Assembly (NCBI GenBank): GCA_036821185.1
Contig: DAISKD010000002.1
Span: forward strand, 17,527-81,526
Length of the DNA: 64,000 nt
Source of the DNA: Chloroflexota bacterium
Lineage (GTDB): Bacteria > Chloroflexota > Dehalococcoidia > GIF9 > UBA5629
Direction of reading: 5' to 3'
The notes beneath the pieces are model-generated. The model had not been told where the DNA came from. It saw nothing but the letters and a program-made list of their open reading frames with translations, and searched no databases. Of the stretch, positions 20,416 through 30,891 are shown in pieces. Every line of letters starts with the position of its first letter. The stretch's first letter is position 1. The position numbers and the translations under genes are program-made.

Positions 20416-21519
20416 ATGAATGCTTTCTCGCGCTTTCTTATGTCCCGATGGGGACCGATCATTACTGGTGCCGTCGTAGGTATACTTGCACCCATTCTGG
20501 TGAAGCTGGGCAACCCTGGCAACATGGGGCTATGCATGGTCTGCTTCACCCGCGATATTGCCGGGGCACTGGGGCTGCACCGTGCTGCGGCTGTGCAGTA
20601 CATCAGGCCCGAAATCATCGGGCTCTTCTTCGGTGCCCTCACCAGTGCGCTCGCCTTCGGTGAATTCAAGCCGCGCACCGGCTCAGCCCCGCTGGTGCGT
20701 TTCCTGCTGGGCGTGTTCGCTTCGTTCGGCGCGCTGCTGTTCCTTGGCTGTCCCTGGCGCGCCTATCTCAGGTTGGCTGGCGGCGACTGGAACGCCATCC
20801 TTGCCATCCTCGGTCTCATCGCCGGCATCGGCATCGGTATCGGCTTCCTAAAAATGGGCTACAGCCTGGGGCGTAACCACCCCGCCCCTAAGGCTCTGGG
20901 CTGGATAATGCCCGCGATTATGCTTGCCCTGCTGGTGCTGCTGGCACTCGCTCCACAGTTCGGCCGTGATGCCTCGGGGAACCCCACCGGCCCTATCTTC
21001 TTCTCAGAAAAGGGTCCGGGCAGCCAGCACGCACCGATTATTGTCAGCATCATCGTGGGGCTTATAATAGGTTTCCTTGCTCAGCGGAGCCGCTTCTGTA
21101 CCGTGGGTGCTATACGCGATGTCATCTTGCTCCGCGACTCACGCCTGCTTAACGGTATATTAGCGTTCATTGTCCTCGCTTTCCTTACCAACCTGATATT
21201 GGGTCAGTTCCATCCCGGCTTTGCCAACCAGCCGGTGTCGCACACCAATGCCCTGTTCAACTTCGGCGGCATGGTGCTGGCAGGGCTGGCATTCACCCTG
21301 GCAGGCGGCTGCCCAGGAAGGCAGCTTTTCCTCTCGGGTGAGGGCGATGCCGATGCTGCCATGTTCGTCATCGGTATGATAGTCGGAGCCGGCTTTGCCC
21401 ACACCTACAGCGTTGCCGCCACAGCAAACGGCCCGTCTGCCTTCAGCGCACTCGCTCTGGTCGTGGGTTTGGTCATCTGCATTATCATCGGCCTGACCAT
21501 GCGAGAGAGAAAGGTTTAG
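20416..21519 (+). CDS. YeeE/YedE family membrane protein (thiosulfate or selenium transporter-like).
   Basis: Polytopic membrane protein with two Cys motifs (GLCMVCFT and GGCPGRQL). A GGAGGTG RBS precedes the ATG at 20416. Confidence 0.8.
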   Translation: MNAFSRFLMSRWGPIITGAVVGILAPILVKLGNPGNMGLCMVCFTRDIAGALGLHRAAAVQYIRPEIIGLFFGALTSALAFGEFKPRTGSAPLVRFLLGVFASFGALLFLGCPWRAYLRLAGGDWNAILAILGLIAGIGIGIGFLKMGYSLGRNHPAPKALGWIMPAIMLALLVLLALAPQFGRDASGNPTGPIFFSEKGPGSQHAPIIVSIIVGLIIGFLAQRSRFCTVGAIRDVILLRDSRLLNGILAFIVLAFLTNLILGQFHPGFANQPVSHTNALFNFGGMVLAGLAFTLAGGCPGRQLFLSGEGDADAAMFVIGMIVGAGFAHTYSVAATANGPSAFSALALVVGLVICIIIGLTMRERKV

Positions 21520-21529
21520 GAGGTAGTCA

Positions 21530-21745
21530 ATGAGCGAAACTTTAGATTGTCGCGGCCTGTCCTGTCCCCAGCCAGCGATGCTCGCCCGCCAGGCGCTGCA
21601 GAAGCTCGGTAAAGGTACGTTGGAGGTGCTGGTAGACTCACCCACAGCGCGTGAGAACGTCTCCCGCCTGGCAAGAGATGCTGGCTGGCAGGTGGACATC
21701 CAGCAACAGCCCGATGGAAGTGTTAAACTGGTACTGAGTAAATGA
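21530..21745 (+). CDS. TusA-like sulfurtransferase.
   Basis: A 71-aa protein with the CPxP motif (LDCRGLSCPQP). Confidence 0.8.
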   Translation: MSETLDCRGLSCPQPAMLARQALQKLGKGTLEVLVDSPTARENVSRLARDAGWQVDIQQQPDGSVKLVLSK

Positions 21746-22890
21746 TCTACCTGGACAACGCTGCCACCTCCTGGCCCAAACCGCCAGAGGTATTGAAAGC
21801 TATGACCGACGTTCTGGAACGCTCCGGGGGTAACCCCGGGCGTTCCGGACACAGGCTGTCTATCGAGGCGGCAAGGATGATATATCAGACCAGAGAGGAC
21901 ATCGCCGAGTTTTTCAATTCCGGCGACCCGTTGGGCGTCATCTTCACCAGCAATGCCACCCATGCCCTTAACCTCGCTATTTATGGAGTCCTCCGCCCCG
22001 GCGACCGTGTGGTCACCACTTCCATGGAGCACAACTCGGTGATGCGCCCGCTGCGCCGCCTGGAAAAGAAAGGTGTGAAGCTACAGGTCGTCCCCTGCGC
22101 CAGGGATGGCACCGTTGATCTGGCAGAGATGGCGAAGGTGGTAACGCCAAGGACAAAGCTTGTAATTAGCGTTTTTGCCAGCAATGTGGTCGGCACCATT
22201 ATGCCGATAAAAGAGATCGCCGACATCGCCCATAGGGCCGGTGCCCTGTTCCTCGTCGATGCCGCCCAGGCGGCTGGCGCCCTGCCCATAGACATTCAGG
22301 GGCTAGCCATCGACCTTTTTGCCTTTACCGGGCACAAAGCGCTGCTGGGCTCACCTGGCAGCGGTGGTCTGGTGATTCGATCAGGCGTTGATGTCTCACA
22401 GATAGAACCACTGATGCGGGGTGGCACCGGAAGCCAGTCCGAGCTTGAGGAACACCCCGAATTCCTTCCTGACAAGTTCGAGAGCGGGACCCCCAATCTG
22501 GTGGGCATCGCCAGCTTGCAGGCCGGGATAAGATGGCTGAGGCAAAGGGGAATGGACGCCATCCGCGAACGTGAGAAGGACCTTACCCGCCGGTTTATCG
22601 AGGGGCTGTCACAGATACCAGGCATCAAAATTTATGGTACACTTGACGCCGAAAGATGCGTTGCCATAGTCTCTTTTACCGTGGAGGGCAAGACGGTGTC
22701 TGAAATTGGGATGAGGCTCGACGAGGAGCATGATGTGCTGGTACGGGTGGGCTTGCACTGTGCCCCAGCAGCCCACAGGACGATCGGCTCTTTCCCCGAG
22801 GGCACCGTGCGGCTAGCGCCAGGCATCTTCACCACGCTCGCTGAGGTGGAGACTGCGCTTCGAGCCATAGCCAGGGTGATCAGGTCATGA
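21742..22890 (+). CDS. Class V aminotransferase: cysteine desulfurase or selenocysteine lyase-like.
   Basis: A PLP fold with the PLP lysine in FTGHKALLG. The start overlaps the tusA stop (ATGA). Confidence 0.8.
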   Translation: MIYLDNAATSWPKPPEVLKAMTDVLERSGGNPGRSGHRLSIEAARMIYQTREDIAEFFNSGDPLGVIFTSNATHALNLAIYGVLRPGDRVVTTSMEHNSVMRPLRRLEKKGVKLQVVPCARDGTVDLAEMAKVVTPRTKLVISVFASNVVGTIMPIKEIADIAHRAGALFLVDAAQAAGALPIDIQGLAIDLFAFTGHKALLGSPGSGGLVIRSGVDVSQIEPLMRGGTGSQSELEEHPEFLPDKFESGTPNLVGIASLQAGIRWLRQRGMDAIREREKDLTRRFIEGLSQIPGIKIYGTLDAERCVAIVSFTVEGKTVSEIGMRLDEEHDVLVRVGLHCAPAAHRTIGSFPEGTVRLAPGIFTTLAEVETALRAIARVIRS

Positions 22891-23111
22891 GATACGGAGT
22901 GATACTTTTCCACACCACCTCGGCAGCGATGCAGGCGGAGAGGCTGCTATCTAAAGCCGGACTGAAAGTGAAGCTCATTCCAACACCACGCCAGTTCTCC
23001 AGCGACTGCGGCATCGCCCTCCGCTTTGACTGGGAACAGAAAGGAGAGGTGGAATCGCTGCTCGCCTCAAACAAGGTGGACACCGCTGCTCTCCATCAGA
23101 TGGAAGGGTAA
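22887..23111 (+). CDS. DUF3343-like small protein, a putative S/Se carrier.
   Basis: A 74-aa protein coupled by ATGA overlap. Its size and position next to YedE, TusA and a desulfurase match the known DUF3343 neighbourhood. Confidence 0.6.
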   Translation: MRYGVILFHTTSAAMQAERLLSKAGLKVKLIPTPRQFSSDCGIALRFDWEQKGEVESLLASNKVDTAALHQMEG

Positions 23112-23129
23112 AACAGGCAGGGGACTGAA

Positions 23130-23402
23130 TTGAAGGTAAAGAATAATGCTTTGAAAATCAACCTTGCTGACAATGTTGCCATCGCCATACGCGAAATAAA
23201 GAAGGGCGAGCCGGTGATAATAGACGACACAGAAATGTGCGTGGCAGCTGAGGATATACCCGCCAGCCACAAGATAGCCCTGGAGCCGATCGCCGTGGGT
23301 AGGCCGGTCGTCCGATATGGCGAACCAATTGTGGTGGCTACCGATGACATCGCTGTGGGACAGTGGGTGCACCTGCACAACACCAGGCCCGTAGAAGGTT
23401 AA
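23130..23402 (+). CDS. SAF-domain small subunit of a split UxaA-type lyase (SuyA-like).
   Basis: A 90-aa protein homologous to the altronate dehydratase N-terminal SAF domain. A TTG start is assumed. Confidence 0.65.
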   Translation: MKVKNNALKINLADNVAIAIREIKKGEPVIIDDTEMCVAAEDIPASHKIALEPIAVGRPVVRYGEPIVVATDDIAVGQWVHLHNTRPVEG

Positions 23403-23419
23403 AGCACTGGAGGCAAGAT

Positions 23420-24568
23420 ATGGAGTTTAACGGTTACCGCCGCGAGGACGGCAGGGCAGGGGTGAGGAACCATATATTGGTGATGTCATCGGTCGCCTGC
23501 GCCAACGGCGTGGTGGAAGCGCTGGAACGCATGTTCCCGGAGATAATGACCGTAAAGCACGCCTACGGCTGTGGCTACGGCCCCGAAGACCTGACCTTTA
23601 GTTTGAAGACGTTGGGTGGCATGGCAAGCCACCCTAACGTCGGCGCCGTCCTCATCATCGGGCTGGGCTGCGAGGTGCTCAAGCCGGAATATGTGGCAAC
23701 AGGGGTAAAGGATAAGCCCGTGGAATCACTGCTGATACAGACCTCGGGAAGCAAAGCCACCGTAAATAAAGCTAGTCAGCTTATTAAAAAGTTCGCCGCC
23801 CACCTCAAACGACAAAAACGAGAGCCGGTGCCGCTGAGCGCACTGCTGGTGGGGTTGAAATGCGGCGGCTCGGACGCATTCTCAGGTGTCACCGCCAACC
23901 CGGCGCTGGGTGTAGCTGCAGATATGCTGGTAGCTGAAGGGGCGAGCGTGATCATGGGTGAGGTCACCGAGATGATCGGCACCGACCACATCCTGAAAAA
24001 ACGTTGTCCTGACCCCGAGTTGGGCGAAAAATTGCAGAAGTTAATACTGGAGCAGGAAAAACGGGTGAGGGAGGCATTGGGTGAGCTTGCTGGGCTGGTC
24101 ATTGCCCCGGGAAATATCGATGGCGGGCTATCGTCCATTACCGAGAAATCCCTGGGCTGTAATGCCAAGGCAGGTACCTCGCCAATAGTGGAAATCGTGG
24201 GCTACGCCGAGAGGCCCAGTCGCAGCGGGCTGGTCATCATGAACACCCCAGGCTACGACATCGATGCCATGGCGGGCATGGCTGCCGCCGGTGCACAGAT
24301 AATCGTATTCACCACCGGCAGAGGGACACCGGTGGGTTTCCCTGCAGTACCGGTCATTAAAGTGTCCAGCAATTCCACCATTTTTAGAACCATGAAAGGT
24401 GACATAGACGTGGATGCCGGTACCATACTTGAAGGCGAGAGGGCGCTCGCCGACGTAGGAAAGGAGATCTACGATTGCATACTGGCGACAGCAAACGGTA
24501 GGCTCACCTGCGCCGAGAGAAACCGCATGGAGGCCTTCAACTGCTTGAAGCAGGGGATAACCTTTTAG
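23420..24568 (+). CDS. UxaA-family hydro-lyase large subunit (altronate dehydratase C-terminal-like, SuyB-like).
   Basis: Corresponds to the C-terminal catalytic domain of UxaA/GarD. The ATG at 23420 follows a GGAGG RBS, 18 nt after the SAF-gene stop. Confidence 0.75.
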   Translation: MEFNGYRREDGRAGVRNHILVMSSVACANGVVEALERMFPEIMTVKHAYGCGYGPEDLTFSLKTLGGMASHPNVGAVLIIGLGCEVLKPEYVATGVKDKPVESLLIQTSGSKATVNKASQLIKKFAAHLKRQKREPVPLSALLVGLKCGGSDAFSGVTANPALGVAADMLVAEGASVIMGEVTEMIGTDHILKKRCPDPELGEKLQKLILEQEKRVREALGELAGLVIAPGNIDGGLSSITEKSLGCNAKAGTSPIVEIVGYAERPSRSGLVIMNTPGYDIDAMAGMAAAGAQIIVFTTGRGTPVGFPAVPVIKVSSNSTIFRTMKGDIDVDAGTILEGERALADVGKEIYDCILATANGRLTCAERNRMEAFNCLKQGITF

Positions 24569-24582
24569 TGAAGATCGTCGGA

Positions 24583-24981
24583 CTAACGCTTAGTATACTG
24601 CGGCGCTTTGCGGGCGCGCTTTAAGCCGTACTTCTTACGCTCCTTCACTCTGGCATCGCGTGTCAACAGGCCGGCATACCGCAACAGCGGCTTGAAGTTC
24701 TCATTGTAGGCAACAAGCGCCCGGGAGATACCGTGGCGCATGGCATCCGCCCAAGCACTGATGCCACCACCTTCCACCTTCGCCTCGACATCGAACTTGC
24801 CCACGGTCTCGGTGACCATAAACGGTTGCATGATGGCGCGCTGGTGGGTCAAGCGAGGGAACAGCTCCTCATAGGGCTTACCATTCACCGTAAGCCTTCC
24901 GCTACCGCCAGGGAACAGCTTCACCCGCACTATAGCGCACTTACGCTTACCCGTGCCCGGGACATAGGTCTGTGTGGTCAT
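24583..24981 (-). CDS. rpsI: 30S ribosomal protein S9.
   Basis: C-terminus ...RKAPQYTKR. Confidence 0.95.
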   Translation of the reverse strand: MTTQTYVPGTGKRKCAIVRVKLFPGGSGRLTVNGKPYEELFPRLTHQRAIMQPFMVTETVGKFDVEAKVEGGGISAWADAMRHGISRALVAYNENFKPLLRYAGLLTRDARVKERKKYGLKRARKAPQYTKR

Positions 24982-25427
24982 GTGCCTTTAACCTCCTTGG
25001 CGGTCGCTTTCGACGCAGCTAGCTGCGCCTTGTGGGGGTGGTCCTCACCAGCATAAACTTTAAGCTTCTTCAACATGCGCCTGCCTAAATCGGTGTCTGG
25101 CAGCATACCCTTTACGGCATGCCCAATTACCTGAGTGGGGTGTCTAGCAAGCATCTCACTAAGGGTAACCGCCCTGAGTCCTCCGGGATAGCCAGAATGG
25201 CGGTAATAAATCTTCTCCCTGGCTTTCTTGCCGGTGACCCTCACCTTGGCAGCGTTAATTACGACCACATAATCGCCGGTGTCCAGATAAGGGGCATATA
25301 TCGGCTTGTGCTTGCCCATAAGCAGTCTGGCTATCTTAGATGCCAGCCTGCCCAGCGTCTGCCCGGCAGCATCTATCAGATGCCACCGGCGCTCTACATC
25401 GCTAGCTTTAGTTGCATACGTCTTCAA
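24978..25427 (-). CDS. rplM: 50S ribosomal protein L13.
   Basis: Homology to L13 and conserved position upstream of rpsI. Confidence 0.95.
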   Translation of the reverse strand: MKTYATKASDVERRWHLIDAAGQTLGRLASKIARLLMGKHKPIYAPYLDTGDYVVVINAAKVRVTGKKAREKIYYRHSGYPGGLRAVTLSEMLARHPTQVIGHAVKGMLPDTDLGRRMLKKLKVYAGEDHPHKAQLAASKATAKEVKGT

Positions 25428-26203
25428 TTTTCCATCTCCAGAATATACGGGTATTCCACTTTTACTAAATATAGACCATGGGCTGGCGCGGTCGGTCCGG
25501 CTAAGCCCAGCTTTTTCGCCTCCATAACCCGGTGGAGCTCCTCGGGTCCAGCTTTCCCCAGCCCTACCCTGACCAGTAACCCCACCGTGTTGCGCACCTG
25601 ATGGGGCAGGAAAGAGTTAGCCCGCATGCGCAGGGCCACAATTTCCCCCTCCCTTTCTACCCCAGCCTCATATAGAGTGCGCACCGTGCTTCTGCGCTTC
25701 CCCAAATCAGCGCCGAAGGAGGCGAAATCGTGCTCTCCCTCCAGCAGTTTACATGCCCTGTCCATCATCTCGACATCCAGCTTCTGAGGCACGAAGTAGG
25801 CGAGTCCCTCCCACAGGGGTGAGCGCGTCGGGCTGTTCAGTATCTTATACTCATACTCCCGACTGGTAGCATCACGCCTGACGTCAAACTTCACGTCTAC
25901 CCTGCAGGCCCCTTTGATGGCTATGTCCCTGGGTAGATAGAAGTTCAACGCCCGCACAAATGTCCGCGGCGACAGCATCGACCGCGTCCTAAAGCTCACC
26001 ACCTGCCCCAGGGCATGCACCCCGCTATCGGTACGGCTGGCGGCAACCACACGAACCGCCTCCCCGGTCACCTTCCTTATCGCCTTCTCCAGCTCGTCTT
26101 GGACAGTAGGTACACCGGGCTGCCACTGGAAGCCACAATAGTTGCCGCCGTGGTACTCCACCAAAAGTACGACTTTGTTGTTAAAGAGCGCCACCTCACC
26201 CAT
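25424..26203 (-). CDS. truA: tRNA pseudouridine(38-40) synthase.
   Basis: TruA motifs including the catalytic Asp region (RTDSGVHA). Confidence 0.9.
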   Translation of the reverse strand: MGEVALFNNKVVLLVEYHGGNYCGFQWQPGVPTVQDELEKAIRKVTGEAVRVVAASRTDSGVHALGQVVSFRTRSMLSPRTFVRALNFYLPRDIAIKGACRVDVKFDVRRDATSREYEYKILNSPTRSPLWEGLAYFVPQKLDVEMMDRACKLLEGEHDFASFGADLGKRRSTVRTLYEAGVEREGEIVALRMRANSFLPHQVRNTVGLLVRVGLGKAGPEELHRVMEAKKLGLAGPTAPAHGLYLVKVEYPYILEMEN

Positions 26204-26215
26204 ATGGTGGCAACG

Positions 26216-26569
26216 TTATTCCACCATTTCTAACTGCACCAGGGGCGCCCCATCTCCCACTCTTCTCCCCAGCTTAGTAATCCTAGTATACCCTCCGGGG
26301 CGTTCCTTAAACCTGGGAGCTAGCTCGTCGAACAACTTTTCCACCAGCTTTTTATCGGTGATGAACGCTAGGGCGCGACGCCGAGAGGCGAGGCTCCCCT
26401 CCTTGCCCAAAGTGATCATCTTCTCCGCCAGACCTCGCACCTCTTTTGCCTTTGCCTCTGTGGTCACGATTTTCTCGTAGCGGATGAGGTCGGACACCAA
26501 GTTGCGGTACAAAGCCCACCGCTGCTCTGTGGTCCGACTGAATTTTCTACCATCCACTCTATGTCTCAT
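26216..26569 (-). CDS. rplQ: 50S ribosomal protein L17.
   Basis: Begins [17 protein letters not shown] (ATG at 26569). Confidence 0.9.
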   Translation of the reverse strand: MRHRVDGRKFSRTTEQRWALYRNLVSDLIRYEKIVTTEAKAKEVRGLAEKMITLGKEGSLASRRRALAFITDKKLVEKLFDELAPRFKERPGGYTRITKLGRRVGDGAPLVQLEMVE

Positions 26570-26612
26570 CTCTGCCTCGTTCTTCACCAGACTCGGGGGA
26601 ATCTTCTTCCAC

Positions 26613-27581
26613 TTATACCGACTTCTTCTGGCGCCGTTTCTTTTCCTTAGGTTCCGTCACCATAGGGATGCCAAGTTTTTCCAGAGCTGCCTGTACCTCC
26701 TCCCTGGACTTCGTCCCGAAACCGGGTAGCGAGGTCAGTTTGTCAATCCCCTTCTCCAGCACCTGCCCTACGGTGGTGACGCCAGCCCTCCTCAGGCTGT
26801 TGTAGGTATGAGTGGAAAGTGGCAACTGGTCGAGGGGCATGAGATACTGCTCTGGAGGAATCACGCGTTGCCAGACCACCTCTGCTCCCTCCTCCACGGC
26901 CGCCTTCACCAACTCGCGGAAGCAATTGAACTGCTCCACCAGTACGGCAGCGCTCTGGGTCAAAGCCTCGAGGGGAGACAATGTCCCATCCGTCCATATC
27001 TCCAGCGTCAGTTTCTCCAGAGTACTCCCCTCCCTGGCACTGCTGGGCTCGACGGAAAAAATTGCTCTCCGCACCGGTGAGAAAATAGCGTCTATCGGGA
27101 TGACACCGGCGGGCAAGTTATCACCGGACTTTGCCGGGATATATCCTCTGCCGACCTCGATGTTGAACTCAACAATCAACTTAGCTTCGGCAGTATCCAG
27201 AGTGGCCAGATGGAGCTCGGGGTTGGCAATCTCAAACCCGGCAGGTGCTTGAATATCCCCGGCGCATACCTTCCCTTCGCCCTGCACCTCCAGCCTAGCC
27301 CTACCACTTCTCTGGACGGAGTGGCGAAAGCGCACTGCTTTAACGTTAAGCAGGAACTCGATTACGTCCTCTTTCACATGTGGTATAGTAGAGAACTCGT
27401 GCTGGACACCCTCTATCCAGACCCAGGTGACGGCCGCGCCGGGCAACGAACTTAACAGCACCCTGCGCAGGCTGTTCCCCAAGGTAATGCCGAAGCCTTT
27501 CTCCACCGGCTCAGCGACAAAACGTCCGTATGTCGCAGTGCTCTCCACACACTCTACTTTTGGCAATGCTAACTCTAGCAC
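26613..27581 (-). CDS. rpoA: DNA-directed RNA polymerase alpha subunit.
   Basis: Alpha N-terminal and C-terminal domains are present. The start is moved to a GTG after an AGGTATGGAG RBS to avoid overlapping rpsD; a TTG at 27614 is the alternative. Confidence 0.85.
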   Translation of the reverse strand: MLELALPKVECVESTATYGRFVAEPVEKGFGITLGNSLRRVLLSSLPGAAVTWVWIEGVQHEFSTIPHVKEDVIEFLLNVKAVRFRHSVQRSGRARLEVQGEGKVCAGDIQAPAGFEIANPELHLATLDTAEAKLIVEFNIEVGRGYIPAKSGDNLPAGVIPIDAIFSPVRRAIFSVEPSSAREGSTLEKLTLEIWTDGTLSPLEALTQSAAVLVEQFNCFRELVKAAVEEGAEVVWQRVIPPEQYLMPLDQLPLSTHTYNSLRRAGVTTVGQVLEKGIDKLTSLPGFGTKSREEVQAALEKLGIPMVTEPKEKKRRQKKSV

Positions 27582-27594
27582 AGCAGCTCCATAC

Positions 27595-28227
27595 CTAGCG
27601 TGAGTAGTACTCAACTATCGACTTTACATCAAACTTTGCTTGTATGTCCTCAGCGACCGGCAGGCTGACTACCTTACCGATGAGCTTTTGTTTGTCCAGC
27701 GACAACCAGGTGGGAATGACCACATCCCCAGCAGTCTGGGCCACCATCTTGTAATATTCGGTGTTCTTGCTGGATTCACGCCAAGCAATGACATCGCCCG
27801 GTTTTACCAGGTAGGAAGGGATGTCAGCCCTGCGCCCATTCACCAGGATATGACCGTGACGCACGACCTGTCTTGCCTGCGCCCTAGAGCTGGCAAAACC
27901 GAGGCGGTAGACCACATTGTCAAGGCGTCTTTCCAGTAGTATAAGCAGGTTTTCACCGGTGACCCCCGGAAGCCTCTCAGCCTCGGCAAAGAACTTCCAA
28001 AACTGGCGCTCCAAAAGTCCATAAGTATACCGGGCTTTCTGCTTCTCCAGCAATTGTAGACCGCGCTCTGATTTCCTGGTACGCCGTTTCGCCGTTGCGT
28101 TGTAGCCCGGTGGAACGCTCCGACGTTCAAGAGCGCACTTGGAAGTATAGCACCTGTCACCTTTAAGCATCAGTTTGTCGCCAACACGACGACACAACCG
28201 ACAGACGGCATCAGTATAGCGCGCCAT
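27595..28227 (-). CDS. rpsD: 30S ribosomal protein S4.
   Basis: Contains the zinc-ribbon-like CRLCRR...C motif and is full length. Confidence 0.95.
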   Translation of the reverse strand: MARYTDAVCRLCRRVGDKLMLKGDRCYTSKCALERRSVPPGYNATAKRRTRKSERGLQLLEKQKARYTYGLLERQFWKFFAEAERLPGVTGENLLILLERRLDNVVYRLGFASSRAQARQVVRHGHILVNGRRADIPSYLVKPGDVIAWRESSKNTEYYKMVAQTAGDVVIPTWLSLDKQKLIGKVVSLPVAEDIQAKFDVKSIVEYYSR

Positions 28228-28229
28228 AT

Positions 28230-28622
28230 TTAGACTCGCCTCCTTTTACGAGGCCGGCAGCCATTGTGCGGTACCGGCGTCACATCCTTGATCGCGGTTA
28301 CCATAATTCCGGATGCCTGAATGGCACGGATCGCAGCCTCACGCCCGCTGCCAGGACCTTTCACCAGCACCTCCACCTGCCTCAGACCGTGTTCTCTAGC
28401 TTTCTGGGCAGCTTGCTGTGCTGCCATTTGGGCTGCATATGGCGTGCCTTTCCTCGACCCCTTGAACCCCGCTGTGCCCGAGCTGCTCCAGGCGATGACA
28501 TTCCCCTTAGCATCGGTCATGATCACGATAGTATTGTTGAATGTGGACTGGATGTAAGCCCTACCTTCGCCTACTTGTTTTCGCTCTCGTCTTCTGCCAC
28601 TGCTCCTAGCTTTTCCAGGCAT
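28230..28622 (-). CDS. rpsK: 30S ribosomal protein S11.
   Basis: Homology. Confidence 0.95.
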   Translation of the reverse strand: MPGKARSSGRRRERKQVGEGRAYIQSTFNNTIVIMTDAKGNVIAWSSSGTAGFKGSRKGTPYAAQMAAQQAAQKAREHGLRQVEVLVKGPGSGREAAIRAIQASGIMVTAIKDVTPVPHNGCRPRKRRRV

Positions 28623-28636
28623 GATTATCTACTCCG

Positions 28637-29026
28637 TTACTTCTTTGCCAGACCACGCCTCTGTCCGCGGCCAGCCACCGTCTTTCGCGGCCCACGCTTG
28701 GTGCGGGCGTTGGTGCGCGTCCGCTGCCCGTGGACCGGCAAGCCGCGGCGATGTCTGATACCGCGATAGCAGCCGATCTCGATGAGCCTCTTGATATTAA
28801 GGTTGACCTCCTTGCGCAGCTCACCTTCGACTGTATACTCCCGGTCGATGATCTCGCGTATACGGGTTAGCTCCTGCTCCTTAAGGTCCTTTACCTTGGC
28901 ATCGGGGTTTACCCCGGCTGTCTGAAGCACCTTGCGGCTCAGGGTAGGCCCTATACCATGAATGTACTGCAGCGAGATATAGACCTTCTTTTCGTTGGGT
29001 ATGTCGACACCAGCGATTCGTGCCAT
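28637..29026 (-). CDS. rpsM: 30S ribosomal protein S13.
   Basis: Begins [10 protein letters not shown]. Confidence 0.95.
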   Translation of the reverse strand: MARIAGVDIPNEKKVYISLQYIHGIGPTLSRKVLQTAGVNPDAKVKDLKEQELTRIREIIDREYTVEGELRKEVNLNIKRLIEIGCYRGIRHRRGLPVHGQRTRTNARTKRGPRKTVAGRGQRRGLAKK

Positions 29027-29044
29027 CTTTCACCTGCTCCTCTT

Positions 29045-29159
29045 TTTATCCCTGTCTTTGCTTATGCTTCGGGTTCTCACAAATGACACGTACCACTCCA
29101 TGGCGCCGGATAATTTTGCACTTGGCACAGCGGCGTTTCACTGACGATCTTACTTTCAT
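29045..29159 (-). CDS. rpmJ: 50S ribosomal protein L36, zinc-binding form. There is an apparent 1-nt insertion/frameshift as read.
   Basis: The reverse complement translates to [19 protein letters not shown], then loses frame. Deleting one T at about 29100-29101 restores ...[18 protein letters not shown]. The gene is too short for the ORF track. Confidence 0.6.
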
Positions 29160-29244
29160 GTCCAATCACCAATGTTCAATAGTCAAAAACTTTTAAATAA
29201 TATACTTTATTGCCAATCCTGTCAAAATGTCAATGGGAAAAGCC

Positions 29245-29463
29245 TCACTTCAACCTGTAGGTTATCCGCCCCCGCGACAGATCGTACGGGGAAAGCTCCA
29301 CCAGCACCCTGTCCTGTGGTAGAATGCGGACATAGTATTTCCGCATCTTTCCCGAGACATGGGCTAAGACCACATGTCCATTGGGTAGTTGCACCCGAAA
29401 GGTGGCATTCGGTAGCGACTCGATCACCACTCCTTCGACCTCTATGCTCTCTTTCTTAGGCAT
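29245..29463 (-). CDS. infA: Translation initiation factor IF-1.
   Basis: Begins [13 protein letters not shown]... (ATG at 29463). Confidence 0.95.
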   Translation of the reverse strand: MPKKESIEVEGVVIESLPNATFRVQLPNGHVVLAHVSGKMRKYYVRILPQDRVLVELSPYDLSRGRITYRLK

Positions 29464-29472
29464 ACAAAACAA

Positions 29473-30225
29473 TTATACCAGAGTGAGTATTTCCGCCTCA
29501 TCATCTGTGATTACAATGGTGTGCTCAAAATGGGCCGCCAGACTTCCGTCAGCGGTAAGCACCGTCCACCGGTTAGGGGCGACCCTCGTTCGCCAGTCGC
29601 CAGCGGTAACCATCGGCTCCACCGCCAGCGTCATCCCTCTTTGAAGCAGAGGCCCCCCTCCTGGCGAGCCGAAATTGGGCACCAGCGGGTCTTCATGCAG
29701 GTCCCTGCCTATTCCATGTCCAGAATACTCGCGCACCACCGAAAACCCTTTCCCCTCAACATAGCTCTGGATCGCTGCTGATATATCTCCCACATAGCCA
29801 CCGCAGCGCGCCGCCTTTATCCCCATCATCAGGGCGGTCCTAGTCACATTTATCAGCTCTTCTGCCTGCGCGCTCAGCCTGCCAACGCCCACAGTGATAG
29901 CAGCATCACCGTGTAAACCGTTGACTACGGCACCGAAATCTAACGACACTACATCACCTTCTTTAAGCTCCCGCTCACCGGGTATACCGTGCACAATCTC
30001 GTCATTCACCGAGACGCAAAGATGTGCCGGAAACCCCCGGTAACCTTTGAATGAAGCTCTAGCGCCGTATCTCTTTACTTCTCTCATAGCTACCATATCA
30101 AGATGGCGTGTGGTCACCCCAGGTCTTATCTCTTCCTTCAGCCTCTCCAGCACCACAGCCACTATCCTGCCGGCCTGACGCATAAAGGCTATCTCCTGTG
30201 GCGACTTGATAATTATCACGGTCAC
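29473..30225 (-). CDS. map: Type I methionine aminopeptidase.
   Basis: Metal ligands (D...D...H...E...E) within a pita-bread fold. Confidence 0.9.
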   Translation of the reverse strand: MTVIIIKSPQEIAFMRQAGRIVAVVLERLKEEIRPGVTTRHLDMVAMREVKRYGARASFKGYRGFPAHLCVSVNDEIVHGIPGERELKEGDVVSLDFGAVVNGLHGDAAITVGVGRLSAQAEELINVTRTALMMGIKAARCGGYVGDISAAIQSYVEGKGFSVVREYSGHGIGRDLHEDPLVPNFGSPGGGPLLQRGMTLAVEPMVTAGDWRTRVAPNRWTVLTADGSLAAHFEHTIVITDDEAEILTLV

Positions 30226-30235
30226 CCATGTTCCG

Positions 30236-30883
30236 CTACTTTTTGTCTACAGAACTGACTATCGCTTCAGCCACGTCCTCAATGCCACGCTGACCATTTA
30301 CCCGTACCAGCTTGCCCTGGGCCTGATAATAGTCCAGAAGCGGCACTGTCTGGTCAAAATAGACCCTGAGGCGTTCCTTCACCGTCTCCACTCTGTCATC
30401 AGGACGCTGGTACAGTTCACCGCCACACCTGTCGCATACCACCGCTACCTTCGGCGGAGAGGTGACCTCGTGGTATGGTGCCTGGCATTTACGGCACACC
30501 CACCGTCCTCCTAAACGTTTCAGCAGCTCCGCTTCTGACACTTCAATGTACACCACCCTGTCTATGGCTTTGCCCCGTGCGGCCAGCATCCTGTCTAGTG
30601 CCTCAGCCTGAGCAAGGGTGCGCGGAAAACCGTCAAAAATGCAGCCCTCCCGGCAGTCCTGCGCATCAAGGCGCTTCGACACCAGTTCTATGGTTACCTC
30701 ATCGGGCACCAGCTCCCCTTTTTCCATATATCCCTTGACCTTTTTCCCCAGCTCTGTGCCCTTCTCCACCGCCTCACGGAACAGGTCACCAGAAGCTATA
30801 TGGGCTAAGGACAGTCTCTTGGAAACAATAGCTGCCTGAGTCCCTTTGCCAGCTCCAGGTGCACCAAGAAAGACGAGATACAT
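30236..30883 (-). CDS. adk: Adenylate kinase with a Zn-lid (CxxC...CxxC).
   Basis: P-loop GAPGAGKGTQA and lid Cys motifs (CRKC...CDRCG). Confidence 0.95.
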   Translation of the reverse strand: MYLVFLGAPGAGKGTQAAIVSKRLSLAHIASGDLFREAVEKGTELGKKVKGYMEKGELVPDEVTIELVSKRLDAQDCREGCIFDGFPRTLAQAEALDRMLAARGKAIDRVVYIEVSEAELLKRLGGRWVCRKCQAPYHEVTSPPKVAVVCDRCGGELYQRPDDRVETVKERLRVYFDQTVPLLDYYQAQGKLVRVNGQRGIEDVAEAIVSSVDKK

Positions 30884-30891
30884 CTGACAAG

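Noticed and set aside
21160-22032. 290-aa minus-strand ORF.
   Set aside because: It is antisense to the yeeE/tusA/desulfurase genes, has no motifs and low complexity, and is called a shadow ORF.
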